The notes under the pieces: generated by a model
What the model saw: only the letters and a program-made list of their open reading frames with translations
Told to the model about the DNA's origin: nothing
Database searches by the model: none
DNA from: Octopus sinensis
Lineage: Eukaryota
NCBI RefSeq assembly: GCF_006345805.1
Contig: NC_043022.1
Coordinates: forward strand, 7,440,001 to 7,504,000
Direction of reading: 5' to 3'
DNA length: 64,000 nucleotides
Program-made: the position numbers and the translations under genes
In this document: piece by piece, positions 38,251 through 52,195 of the stretch
How the letters are laid out: every line of letters starts with the position of its first letter
Position numbering within the stretch: position 1 is the stretch's first letter

Positions 38251-39833
38251 TATACGTATAGATGTAGCTATGTACGTATACGTATGTATATATGTATATA
38301 TATATTATTTATATCATAAATATATATACATATTTATGTATATATATGTATGCATATATATGTGTATGTATGTATATATGTATGTATCTATGTATACATG
38401 TATGTATGTATGTATGTATGTATGTATGTATGTATGTATCTATATTTATGTGTGTGTGTGTGTGTGTGTGTGTGTCTGTAGTAGGATTCAGTATTTGAAA
38501 AATGAACATGTATATATATATATATATATACATACATATATATACCCGTTCGTAAATACGTTAATACATGCATATATCTACACAAATACTTAAATACAGA
38601 TATAAGCACTTAAATGCACACACACAATACACACACACACACACAAACTCAAACCCAGGCACGCACACAGCCACGCACCTACACGCATATACATACGAAC
38701 GCAAATACGTTCGCAAGTGCCTTACATCCTCGCGCGTGCGATATTCTCAAGGAGTGTAGCCCCTTCGTGACTTGTGACCAAACTACATCACTTCACATTT
38801 CAAAATGTTACATATGCGCATTCTAAGAACACTAGATACCGAACGAAATACCACGCGAACAAAAGGATTGCAGAGAAAACTCTCAAACCCCGACAGTGCG
38901 ACCGAAAAACTTGCCTGTACGGCAAGCATATTTTCGGAGGTCACCATCTATGTATATTTAATCAGCAGCTGTCCAGAAATGTCACCAAGTTATTAGCATG
39001 TTTTTGGAGCAATATGATTTAAAAAACAAACAAACAAACGACAGAAATAAAAGAAAGGGGTCCCATCTATGAAAAAACAACAAGAAAAAATGGAGGGTTC
39101 GGCGAATTGTGTTGGGGCCGGGATGGGTTGAGGGTTGGTTGGTGGTAGGAGAATAATTATTATAAGGTATGATTGAGGGGCTATGAGTGTCTTTTTTTTG
39201 GTTTTTGTTTTTGCTTGTTTTTTTTTGTTGTTTTTTATTTTCTTTGTATTTCGACAGTTCAGAGAAGCAGAAAGGTATTTTTTCAGACCTACGCGGAGGA
39301 ACGTGTGCGCGACGGCGTCATCGAAGGAGAAGGAAAAGAAGGAGAAGGAGGAGGAGAAGGCGAGGGAAAAGATAAAGATGAAGCAGGAGGAGGGGGTGGA
39401 GGAGAGGTAGAAGAAGGAGAAAGAGAAGAACGAGGAGGAGGAGGAGGAGGAGGAGAAGGAGGAGGTGGTGGAGGAGGAGATAAAGACGAAGGTGAAGGAG
39501 GAGGATGTCGATGAGATGAAGAAGAAAAAGAAGGAGGTGGTGGATGAGATGAAGAAGAAGAAGGAGGAGGAGGAGGAGGTGGTGGATGAGATGAAGAAGA
39601 AGAAGAAGAATGAGAAGAAAGAATAGGAAGAAAAAAGAACGGAAGGAGAAGGAGGAGGGTGGAGGAGGTGGAAGATGAGATGAAGAAGAAGAAGAAAAAG
39701 AAGAAGAAGAAGAAGAAGAAGAAGAAGAAGAAGAAGAAGAAGAAGAAGAAGAAGAAGAATTATATTTATATAATATAGATGTATATATATATATTTTTTT
39801 ATTAAAGCTGCATGCAAAAACAACGCAAAAATA

Positions 39834-39932
39834 CTGTAACTCAGAGTTTCACGTTCCAGTTCGTCGGATAGTTGCGATCAAGGCTTGATCACAACGGTCC
39901 GACGAGCAGGATCGTGAAACTCTGGGTCACAG
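39834..39932. ncRNA. Palindromic hairpin containing two inverted HHR-like motifs
   Basis: Arms ctgtaactcagagtttcacgttcc and ggatcgtgaaactctgggtcacag; each strand reads CCGACGA-...-GT-GAAAC-TCTG(A/G)-GT(T/C)-ACAG. Confidence 0.6.
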
Positions 39933-39944
39933 CTTTTTGTGATC

Positions 39945-40230
39945 TTCCGAGTTCTTTTACAGGGCTTAGAAAAATTGAAGGACTTCTGCAATAAGTGTGT
40001 AAATCTGAGAGGGGATTACTCTTTTACTCTCTTTTACTTGTTTCAGTCATTTGACTACGGCCACGCTGGAGCACCGCCTTTAGTCGAGCAAATCGATCCC
40101 GGGACTTATTCTTTGTAAGCCCAGTACTTATTCTATCGGTCTCTTTGTGCCGAACCGCTAAGTTACGGAGACGTAAACACACCAGCATCGGTTGTGAAGC
40201 AATGCTAGGGGGACAAACACAGACACACAA

Positions 40231-40270
<40 letters not shown>

Positions 40271-40464
40271 ATATATACAACAGGCTTCTTTCAGTTTCCG
40301 TCTACCAAATCCACTCACAAGGCATTGGTCGGCCCGAGGCTATAGTAGAAGACACTTGCCCAAGGTGCCACGCAGTGGGACTGAACCCGCAACCATAATA
40401 TAATAAACTGATCCTCCTGCATTTTCTTTTACTCAAAATCAGGAACTTTTCAGCAGACCCTCGT
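39945..40464 (+). mobile_element. Mariner-derived MITE (same family as the 52877 array), split by a family C SINE (40020-40396, minus)
   Basis: ttcttttacagggcttagaaaa...gagagggga | SINE | aactgatcctcctgc...ggaacttttcagcagaccctcgt. Confidence 0.8.
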
Positions 40465-40493
40465 TTATATTAGCCGCTTGCTCGTATTATGTG

Positions 40494-40570
40494 AAGGCGC
40501 ATGGCTTAGTGGTTAGAGCGTCGAGCTACGATCGTGAGGTTGTTTGTTCGATTCCTGGATAGGGCTGCGT
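40494..40570 (+). mobile_element. tRNA-derived SINE head fragment
   Basis: TGGCTTAGTGG A box and GTTCGATTCC B box. Confidence 0.6.
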
Positions 40571-40994
40571 TCTGAAAAGTAGTCGTAATTTGTTTCTCGT
40601 CGGACCAACTTTTACGCTCTTCTTTGAAGATTTCTTCGTGTCTCTAAGAAAATAGGCAGAGAAGGTAATCCCCGCTTTCGGATTATCGCTGAATCATTCA
40701 ATTGAGTTTGCGACGCTGTCTGACGAGTACGAACCTGAAGTATTTTCAGTACGCGTTTTCTCTTGTTCACTCCCTCTTTCCCTCTCTCTATCTGTCTCTC
40801 CCTCTCTCTCGTTTGGCTTGTTTTTAAGTACACCGTTACAACTGTTAAACTGAAGAATTACTCAATTCTTTCTAGGAGAACATATCTTTTAACTTTCCCA
40901 AGAAAAAGGCTGGACAGCGACATTGAAGTTTCCGTTGCTCGATATATATATAGAGAGATATATACATATATGTACATATATATACTGATATATG

Positions 40995-41063
<69 letters not shown>

Positions 41064-41097
41064 CATACACATAAATAATACATACATATATACACAA

Positions 41098-41128
<31 letters not shown>

Positions 41129-41529
41129 CATACACATAGATATATACATACAAATATACTTACATATATATATAAATATATAAATACATACATATATATA
41201 TATATATAAATATATATATATATAGGTGATAAATAAATATATATATATGTATATATATATATTAAATATATAAAAAATATAAATATATATATATATATAT
41301 ATAAATATGCATATATACATATATGTATATATTATCTATATATATATATATTTATCTGTGTATATATATATATGTTTATATTTATATACATAGATATATG
41401 TATATATATGTATATATGTATATAAATATAAACATATATATATATACACAGATAAATATATATACAGATATATACACATATATATATATATGTGTATGTA
41501 TATATCTGTATATATATTTATTGTGTATG

Positions 41530-41680
41530 TATTTTTCTGTGTATCTTTCTGTCGAAGAGCGTAGGCTCGAAACGTAAAAGACTTGTTCTATTTCTATTCC
41601 TGAGCGCCATACTAATACATTTGTTTGTTTGTACTCCACCTGCCTTCGTCTTTTGTTTATTTTCGTAAACCTTCCCGTTA
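41530..41680 (+). mobile_element. HHR-like repeat family H, copy E
   Basis: 41545-41580: CTTT-CTGTCGA-A-GAGC-gtag-GCTC-GAAAC-GTA-AAAG. Confidence 0.75.
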
Positions 41681-42229
41681 TATATATATGTATGTATATA
41701 TAGATATATGTATACACCCACACATATATATATATATATACCTACATATATATACATATATACATACGTACATATATACTTATATATATATACATACATA
41801 TAATATACACACACATATATATATATTCATATACATAATATGTACATACAAACACGCATACTCATACACGCACTCACACATATACATCCATCCATCCATA
41901 CATACATTCATATGAGTGCGTGTTTGTGTGTTTGAGTATGTGTATGTGTGTGTGTGTGTGTGTAGAATATATTTTGTGAGAGAAAATGCCAAACGCGGAA
42001 ATCAGCACAGGTATAGTTTCTCTCTCTCTCTCTCTCTCTCAGACACACACACACACATACACACATACACACATTTCTGTAACATATGTATATAAACACA
42101 CAGATCAGCACACAAAAAAACTACAGAACTCCACCACATTCCTATACTATGACATCGATTTCAATGTCGGGTACAACGACCACAACAGCGTCGGCGACGA
42201 TAAAAACAACAACAACAACAGCAATAACA

Positions 42230-42469
42230 GTAATAATAATGAACAACAACAACAATAATAATGATGATGATGATAATAATAATAATAATAATAATATCAA
42301 TAATAATAATGATAATGATAGTAATAAAAATAATAATATTAATAATGATAATAATAATGGTAATAATAAAAATAATATTAATAATGATAATAATAATGAT
42401 AATAATAATAAAAATAATAATATCAATAATGATAATAATAATGATAATAATAATAATGAAAATAATAAT

Positions 42470-42509
<40 letters not shown>

Positions 42510-43241
42510 TTAATAATGATAATAATAATGATAATAATAATAAAAATAATATCAATAATGACAATAATAATGATAATAATAATAATAAAAATAATAATAT
42601 TAATAATATTAATAATGATAATAATAATGATAATAATAATAAAAATAATAATATCAATAATGATAATAATAATGATAATAATAATGATAATAATAATGAT
42701 AATAATAATAAAAATAATAATATCAATAATGATAATAATAATGATAATAATAATAAAAATAATAATAATATTAATAATATTAATAATGATAATAATAATG
42801 ATAATAATAATAAAAATAATAATATCAATAATGATAATAATAATGATAATAATAATAAAAATAATAATATCAATAATGATAATAATAATGATAATAATAA
42901 TAAAAATAATAATATTAATAATATTAATAATGATAATAATAATGATAATAATAATAAAAATAATAATATCAATAATGATAATAATAATGATAATAATAAT
43001 GATAATAATAATAAAAATAATAATATTAATAATGATAATAATAATGATAATAATAATAATAAAAATAATAATATTAATAATATTAATAATGATAATAATA
43101 ATGATAATAATAATAAAAATAATAATATCAATAATGATAATAATAATGATAATAATAATGATAATAATAATAAAAATAATAATATCAATAATGATAATAA
43201 TAATGATAATAATAATAAAAATAATAATAATATTAATAATG

Positions 43242-43275
<34 letters not shown>

Positions 43276-43323
43276 TAATAAACATAACAATAATATAAAA
43301 TAATAATAATAAAAAATAATAAT

Positions 43324-43393
<70 letters not shown>

Positions 43394-43434
43394 TAATAAT
43401 AATTAATATAATAATAATAATAAAAAATAATATA

Positions 43435-43465
<31 letters not shown>

Positions 43466-43484
43466 AATAATAATAATAATAATA

Positions 43485-43527
<43 letters not shown>

Positions 43528-43575
43528 CATAATAATAATAATATTAATGATAATAATAATACTAATAATATTAAT

Positions 43576-43631
<56 letters not shown>

Positions 43632-43635
43632 CAAT
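42230..43635. repeat. (AAT)n-derived array with a ~45-nt higher-order unit
   Basis: Recurring aataatgataataataatgataataataataaaaataataatat(c/t). Confidence 0.95.
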
Positions 43636-44046
43636 AATAATGATAGTGGTGACACTGGTAGCGTTGGCGACGTGGATAGCAACTTGTATGCAGATATTAG
43701 GTTCGGTGAAGACGGAAAAAAAAACGGCTGCTCTTTCGTTTCAAATTTTGTACTTCACACCCTATTGAAGCTGTCACGTTTTTACACGACATCAAAGGGG
43801 GCCGCCTTAATCCGTAGTCGTGCCTTCACCACGCCCCTCGCCCGCGACCACCTCAACTGAGACACATATACATATTCAAGCATACATACATACATACATA
43901 AACATACATATATATGTGTGTGTTTATTTATATATACACCACAATTATATATATATGGACAGCCACACCCACCCGGTGTATATATATATAAATATACACA
44001 TACATACTTATATACATACATAAATATGTGTGTGTGTGTGTTTATA

Positions 44047-44098
<52 letters not shown>

Positions 44099-44197
44099 TA
44101 TAAATATACATATATATATATACATATATATACATATATAGACATATATGTATATATATATATACATACATACAATATATATATATACATATATACA

Positions 44198-44230
<33 letters not shown>

Positions 44231-44749
44231 GGACACCCACACCCACCCGTGTATATATATGTAAGTAGATACACATACATACATAATATATATATATATA
44301 CAATACATACATACACATTCACATATATACATATATATATATATATACATATATATAGATGTATCTTTGTGTGTATAATATATAAGTATATATATATATA
44401 TGTTTATATATATAGATGTGTGTGTACATATTCATATACATGCATACACACACCCACCTGTATACACATATGCACACACACACCACACACACACACATAT
44501 ACATTTACATATTTTGAGCGCGTACACTAGCCATACACACCCCGTATACCCTTCCTATACATGTATGGCGTTGCTTGTTCCGTTAGGTTTAGATTACAAA
44601 ATATAAATATAAAGTGAAAATGAAATAAAAATACAGAAATATAAAAAAAAAAAATGCTACTTCGATTTCAGTTGGCTTTTTTGAAGCCGAACGAAAATGG
44701 TTCGTTTTTGTTATTTTGCTTCTTTCATCCGGCATGCCGTGGTTGCCTC

Positions 44750-44902
44750 TGGTGGTGATGGTGGTGGTGGTGGTGGCGGCGACGTTCATAATGATGATGA
44801 TGATGATGATCACGATGATGATGATGGTGGTGGTGGTGGTGGTGGTGATGATGATGATGATGATGATAATGATGACCATGATGATGGTGGTGATGATGGC
44901 GG

Positions 44903-44940
<38 letters not shown>

Positions 44941-45465
44941 GTGGTGGTGATGGCAGCTACGATGGTGATGTCAGGCTATGTCGGGGATGATGATGACGAT
45001 GACCATGATGATGATGAAAATGATGATAACGACGACGACCACGACAACGACGACGATAATGACAATGATGATGATGATGATAACGGTAGTGACGATTATG
45101 ATGATGACGTGAATAGCGATGATGATGATGATGATGATGGCAATGATGACGCTAGGGGTATTGATGATTCATAGCTAATAATAAGGATGTCGATGACAAT
45201 GAGGACGACGAAAATGGTGATGATGATCATTATTGTCATCATCATCATCGTCGTCATCGTCGTCGTTCTCCTCATCATCATCGTCACCATCATCATTTAC
45301 ATCGTCGTCGTCGTCATCATCATCATCATCGTCGTTGTTATCATCATCAACCTGATTATCACCGTGATCATCGGGATCATCATCATCATCAGCAGCAACA
45401 GCATCAACAACATCAACAACAACGGCAGCAGCAGCAGCAACAACAACAACAACCACACCAACAGT
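44750..45465. repeat. Degenerate (GAT/GGT)n switching to (CAT)n
   Basis: Direct reading. Confidence 0.9.
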
Positions 45466-45528
45466 AATATTTCTTCAAGCCCTTCTACGTCCTTGGGGCA
45501 TGGGGTCGATTTGTTCGACTAAACCCTT

Positions 45529-46345
45529 CACCAAAAGGCACCAAAAGTAAAAGGCGGCAAGCTGGCAGAAACGTTAGCACGCCGGGCGAAATGCGTAGCC
45601 GTATTTTGTCTGTCGTTACGTTCTGGGTTCAAATTCCCCCGAGGTCGACTTTGCCTTTCATCCAGACCGCAGTTCACTGACTGAAAGCAAGCAAAAAAAT
45701 AAAAGATATAATTAAAAGACCAACAGGAATTAGATCCGTGGATGCTTCTAACTGCATATTTCTTTTGAACAATTATGAATTGAAATGAAAACATGGTTTC
45801 GTCCAAACGCTCGCGATTTCAGCCTCGTAGTTTATCTCGAAATGGTTTCGTCCTTGGACATAACATTTTACGAGGATTTCAAGCACGTTGTTACTTTTGG
45901 TGCAATTTTATTTGTTTACTACCCACAAGGGGCTAAACACAGAGAGGACAAACGAGGGCAGACAAACGGATTAAGTCGATTACATCGACCCCACTGCGTA
46001 AATGGTACTTAATTTATCGACCCCGAAAGGATGAAAGGCAAAGTCGACCTCGGCGGAATTTGAACTCAGAACGTGGTGCTAATGTTTCTTATTTCATTAT
46101 TGCCCACAAGGGGCTAAACATAGAAGGGACAAACAAGGACAGACAAACGGATTAAGTCGATTACATCGACCCCAGTGCATAACTGGTACTTATTTAATCG
46201 ACCCCGAAAGGATGAAAGGCAAAGTCGACCTCGGGGGAATTTGAACCCAGAACGTAACGACAGACAAAATACGGCTACGCATTTCGCCCGGCTTGCTAAC
46301 GTTTCTGCCAGCTTGCCGCCCTTTTACTTTTGGTGCCTTTTGGTG
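45529..46345. repeat. Near-perfect 135-bp inverted duplication (SINE M head plus unique flank) around a family M dimer
   Basis: 45529-45663 versus the reverse complement of 46210-46345: one substitution and one indel by eye. Confidence 0.88.
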
Positions 46346-46427
46346 TTGGTTAACTCCCAAGTGAAACCTGAGGGAGATTTAAAAAAAAAAATTTGTTTAA
46401 TGATTTTGTACAAATTCTACAGTAAAG

Positions 46428-46545
46428 GTGCGCGGGTTTGTGGTTTGGGTATGCAGCTCTCGATCGTAAGGTCCTGAGTTCAATTCCTGGTGACGCGTTA
46501 TGTCGTTGAGCAAGACACTTTATTTCACGATGCTCCAGTTCATTC
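46428..46545 (+). mobile_element. Degraded tRNA-headed SINE
   Basis: gagttcaattcc B box followed by gtcgttgagcaagacacttt. Confidence 0.5.
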
Positions 46546-46564
46546 ATATCAAGTTGTAAGGTTC

Positions 46565-47480
46565 AAATTTCGTATTATATATGCGTGTTCGTTATGGGGT
46601 TGAAATTTCGTATTATATGTGTGTTCGTTGTCAGGTTGAAATTTCGTATTATATATGTGTTCGTTATGACGTTGAAATTTCGTATTATATGTGTGTTCGT
46701 TGTAATGCTGAAATTTCGTATTATATATGTATATTCGTTATGAGGTTGAAATTTCGTAGTATATGTGTTCGTTATAAAATTGAAATTTCGCATTATATAT
46801 GTGTGTTCGTTATGAGGTTAAAATTTCGTATTATATGTGTGTTCGTTATGAGGTTGAAATTTCGTATTATATGTGTGTTCGTTGTAATGCTGAAATTTCG
46901 CATTATATATGCGTGTTCGTTATGGGGTTGAAATATCGTATTATATGTGTGTTCGTTGTGAAGCTGAAATTTCGTATTATATATGTGAGGTCGAAATTTC
47001 ATATTATATGTGTTCGTTGTAATGCTGAAATTTTGCATTATATATGCGTGTTCGTTATGGGGTTGAAATTTCGTATCATATGTGTGTTCGTTGTCAGGTT
47101 GAAATTTCGTATTATATATGTGTTCGTTATGACGTTGAAATTTCGTATTATGTGTTCGTTATAAAATTGAAATTTCGCATTATATATATGTGTTCGTTAT
47201 GAGGTTGAAATTTCGTATTATATGTGTGTTCGTTGTGGGGTCGAAATTTCCCATTATATATATGTGTTTGTTATGAGGTTGAAATTTCGTATTATACATG
47301 TGTTCGTTGTTGGGTTGAAATTTCGTATTATAATGTGTATGTTCGTTGTGAGGTTAGAATTTCACATTATATTTGTGTGTTCGGTGTGAGGTTGAAAATT
47401 CGGATTATATATATATATATATATATATGTTCGTTAGGAGGTTAAAATTTTGCGTTATATTCGTTGTGAGGTTGAAACAA
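46565..47480. repeat. Minisatellite, ~32-36 bp unit (tgtgtgttcgttatgaggttgaaatttcgtattata)
   Basis: About 27 units; a variant block repeats at 46578 and ~47040. Confidence 0.95.
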
Positions 47481-47679
47481 ATCAACCGTAAACAATTATG
47501 TGTCAAATGTATGAGAAAACTACCTCAGGCGTAGAGAGTTTTGCTAACTGAAGTCATAAACCGTGGAATCTCATATACTGTAGTAGCACTTATAAGGGAC
47601 TTGAATAACTTGCAAGACCTGAGAATCTGACATTAGAAAAACTCAATACATTCTATGTATATGAGAGGAAATCCTACCG

Positions 47680-47746
<67 letters not shown>

Positions 47747-47812
47747 ACTATCTATCTATCTATCTATCTAACTATCTTTAGCTCTATCTATCTATTTATG
47801 TATTTATACCCG

Positions 47813-47872
<60 letters not shown>

Positions 47873-48871
47873 TATATATGCGTATGTATATGAGTGTGGT
47901 TTATATATGGGGTGTATGCATTAAATATATGTACGCATTTACACATACACACACGCATTATATATATAAATATGGGTGTGTGTGTGTGTATATATATATA
48001 TATATGTACATACGTATGTAAATACATGTATATTCATATGTATGCACATATATAAATATATTATATACATATATTTACATATACCACCACCACCACCACC
48101 ACCACCACCACCATCACCACCACACCACCACTACCACCACCACCGCCACCACCACCAGCACGTCGAGTCTGTTGGTGTCATAACAAATTTCTGTTCGTTT
48201 ATCTCGGCAACTTTAATAAACTTGACGGACTTATCGCTGATAACGTAAAACGTTCTCACTTCAAGACCTCCAATTCACACTTCGCTTGCATTAATTTGCT
48301 CTCTTCCTCTTCCTCTTGTCCACCCTCCCACCCTCCATCTCATACTCTCCTTCTCTCTCTGTCTGTGTCTCCATGGCTCTGTCTGTCTCACTCACTCTCT
48401 ATGTATCTGATACTCTGTCCTCTCTTCCTCTCCCGCCCTCCCTCTCATACTCTCTCTCTGTCTGTGTCTCCATGGCTCTGTCTGTCTCACTCACTCTCTA
48501 TGTATCTGATACTCTGTCCTCTCTTCCTCTCTCACCCCCTCTCTCTCTCTCTCCCTATCTCTGGCTCTCTGTCAACCTCCGTTTTCTCTGTTTCTGCTTC
48601 TCTCGTTGTCTTCGTCTGTCGGCCTCTCTCAATGACACCAGGTTCTTTTCTTTCTTTCTTTCTTTCTTTCTTTCTTTCCTCCTTCTTTATTTCTCTCCTT
48701 TTTCTTTCCTTCTTTCTTTCTTTCTTTCCTTCTTTCTTTCTATCTTTCTTTCTTTCTTTGTTCTTTCTCTCTCTCTCTTTCTTTCTTTCTCTGTTTCATT
48801 CATTCACTGTTACTTTCCTTTTGCTTGTATGTTTCCCTCCCTCTCTTTCCTTCTCTCTCCCCCTCCCTCTA

Positions 48872-48911
<40 letters not shown>

Positions 48912-48943
48912 TCTACCTCCCTCCTTACCTACCTATCTGTCTG

Positions 48944-48995
<52 letters not shown>

Positions 48996-49012
48996 CCTCC
49001 TTCCTTACCTAC

Positions 49013-49087
<75 letters not shown>

Positions 49088-49143
49088 CCTCCCTCCTTAC
49101 CTATCTATCTGTCTGTCTATCTATGTACCTGTCTGTCTGTGTG

Positions 49144-49174
<31 letters not shown>

Positions 49175-49356
49175 ATGTATCTCCCTCTTCTTTCTCTATA
49201 CTTCAGTCGGGATCTCACATTTTGTTGCTCTCTCTCTTTCTCTTTCTCTCTCCCTCCCTCCTCTCCCCTCCTCTTTCTCTCTCCCTCCCTCCTCTCCCCT
49301 CCTCTTTCTCTGGCTCTACCTCTCTCTACATACCTGACACGTTGTTTCTGACTGTC

Positions 49357-49620
49357 CGTGGAGGCGCAATGGCCCAGTGGTTAGGGCAGCGGACTCGCGG
49401 TCATAAGCTCGTGGTTTCGATTCCCAGACCGGGCGTTGTGAGTGTTTATTGAGCGAAAACACTTAAAGCCCCACAAGCCTCCGGCAGGATGTGGTAGCGA
49501 AGCCGGCTGTATTCTTTCACCACAACAATCTCTCACTCTCTCTTCCTGTTTCTGTTGTACCTGTATTTCAAAGGGCCAGCCTTGTCACACTCTGTGTCAC
49601 GCTGAATTTCCCCAAGAACT
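49357..49620 (+). mobile_element. SINE family T
   Basis: A and B boxes plus body shared with the 14622 copy. Confidence 0.85.
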
Positions 49621-49901
49621 AAAATATCGTCAAATTTAACCCGAACACCCTGTGCAAACCCCCATCGTTGATTGGTTACTAAGACGTCAAGGTGTTCCTG
49701 TGTAAGGGAGACCAAAAGAAAAAGAAATCGTCAAATTCAGCCCGAAACACCCTGTGCAAACCCCGCTGTTGAATGTTCACCAATACATTAAGCTGTTCCG
49801 GTGAAAAAGAGACCCCCACAACACCCTGTAGAAACACCTACTCAGACCAACCCGAATCACTATAAAATTTGCATCATCATCATCATCATCATCATCATCA
49901 A

Positions 49902-49933
<32 letters not shown>

Positions 49934-49946
49934 ACATCATCATCAA

Positions 49947-49978
<32 letters not shown>

Positions 49979-50712
49979 ACAACAACAACAACAACAGCAA
50001 CAACAGCAGCAGCAACAGCATCTTCATCATCATCATTCATCATCATCGACACCAACACATTACAAGAAACATCTAACTCTGTACTTTGCGTACCATTGCA
50101 CCTCGCTCGCTGCAACCCGCAACCTCCATAGAGAAACACCCCTCATCCATCTTCTTTACTAGATACATCAAACTACCCGTACACCCACCCGTAACAAACT
50201 GCACCCCCACCCGATACAGCAGCACCGCTCCACCCATTAATATAAAACCTCAACCAACAACTTTCTCTTTTTTCACACACACACACATACACACATACAC
50301 ACGCAACACACACAAACACAAACACACACATACACACACAGAACATATCTTCTACCCCCGTTCCCGTCACACACGTTCCCCATCTCGTCTCCTACCCCAG
50401 TCTCTGCCCCTCCTATCCCAGACACCTCGTTCTCCACCCTAATTCTTTACTTACACCTTGATCCACGTCCCTCACACCATTACCATCAACCGCTCCTCCC
50501 TTTTCTCTTCTCATTTACAACACTCCCCCAATGGCTGTACCCCCTCCTCCACCTACCCTACATCCACCTCTTCCCCCCTTATATTTCTTATCTTTCAATT
50601 TCACACTTCAGACTCTGCCAGCTATTCCCCTCCACACCGGCTCCCGTTTTTATGATTTCTCATTCCACAAGATTTGATTTAAATAAATCATCTCTTATTG
50701 TTGTCGTCGTCG

Positions 50713-50777
<65 letters not shown>

Positions 50778-51495
50778 GGTGGTGGTGAAGGTAGTGATGG
50801 TGGTCGTTATGATTTTACTGTTGCTGTCGTTGTTGCTGCTGTTGTTGTAGCTGGTGTTGGTGTTGGTGGTGATTATGATGTTGCTGTTGCTGTTGTTGTT
50901 CTTTATACCGTTGGCCTATTTGTTGTTGTTGTTTTTGTTGGTGGTGACGAAGTTGATGCTGTTGTCGTTCTTGTTGCTGTTGTATTGTTCTGTTGCTGAC
51001 GCTGTTAGTAGGCTGTTCTTGTTGCTATAGCTGTTCTTGGTGACGGTAGTGGTGGTCGTGGTTAGAATGCCGTTTTTGTTGTTAGTGTTGTTGTTGTCGG
51101 AGCTGATTCTTTTTGTCGTTGTTATTGTTGGTAGTGATGGCATCGTTCTTTACCCCCTCCCCACCGGATCAGCTATGAGGTTTTTGATCAAAGACAATCC
51201 ATCCTGTGACCATCCCGTCTTTTTTCCTGTGTGCAAGGAACCAAACATCCCACTGTCCATGAGCCTTTTTTGTTACTTATCAAGACGTTACAATATTATT
51301 TAAGGAAGATTTGATATCTATTTCTAGCAGGATAAGGGGCTGTTTTGTGGCTCCCTCATTGGCTCATATTGCCGCCGTTGCTGCTGCTGCTTTAATAGTT
51401 GCTGTTGTTGTTGGTGGTGGTGGTGGTTTTATATAACTTAAAAACAAACTAAAAGATAGCTAGCTAGAGAGAAAGATAGGAAGAAAAAGAGAGCA

Positions 51496-51527
<32 letters not shown>

Positions 51528-51700
51528 GGAAGGATGGAGGGAGAGAGGCGGAGAAAGAGAGAGACAAGCAGACAGAGGGAGGGAGATACAGACAGAGGGA
51601 AGGAGGGAGAGAGGGAGAGAGGGGGCGAAAAAGACAGAGAAAGAGGGGAAAGAAGAAGAGAAAGAGGAAGAGAAAGACACACAGAAAGAAGGAGAAAGAC

Positions 51701-51733
<33 letters not shown>

Positions 51734-51841
51734 AAAAGAGAGAGAGAGAGAAAGACACATAGAGAGATAGTGTTAGTATCGTTCTATATTCCTTACGGTC
51801 AGCGACAATGGAACAGCATTTTGATCAAAGACAGTCCATCC

Positions 51842-52084
51842 CATAATCATTGCGGCATTTTTGTTTTCAACAAATTTTAGTTAACAAAAACAATAATACT
51901 TAACAAAAACTTCTTTAAATGACGGTCTGACCGTCTGCCAAGCAAATGGGAAGCAGTAATTGAAGTAGATGGTGAATATGGTCCGGAATAATCATTTAAA
52001 GATGTTTTTGTTACATGTTGTTATTGCTTTTGTTGAATAAAATTTTTTGAAAAAAAGCCGCAATAATTATGCACCAACCCAATA
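51842..52084 (+). mobile_element. Mariner MITE carrying the transposase C-terminus
   Basis: Right TIR ccgcaataattatgcaccaacccaata followed by TA; partial left TIR cataatcattgcggc; DRLPSKWEAVIEVDGEYGPE* at 51929-51991. Confidence 0.8.
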
Positions 52085-52195
52085 TATATATATATATAGT
52101 TAATCCAAACATGAAAACACAAAGAGAAAACACAGCAAAGCGAGGACGTGGAACAAGTATAGTATTAGACGCTCAGAAAAGAGGGAAGAAGGAGG

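Noticed and set aside
40715-40760. CTGACGA-GTAC-GAAC hammerhead-like string
   Set aside because: GAAA is incomplete and there is no helix I or III
42086-43303. 405-aa Asn-rich ORF
   Set aside because: It is an in-frame AAT array; variants are single-base changes propagated by repeat turnover
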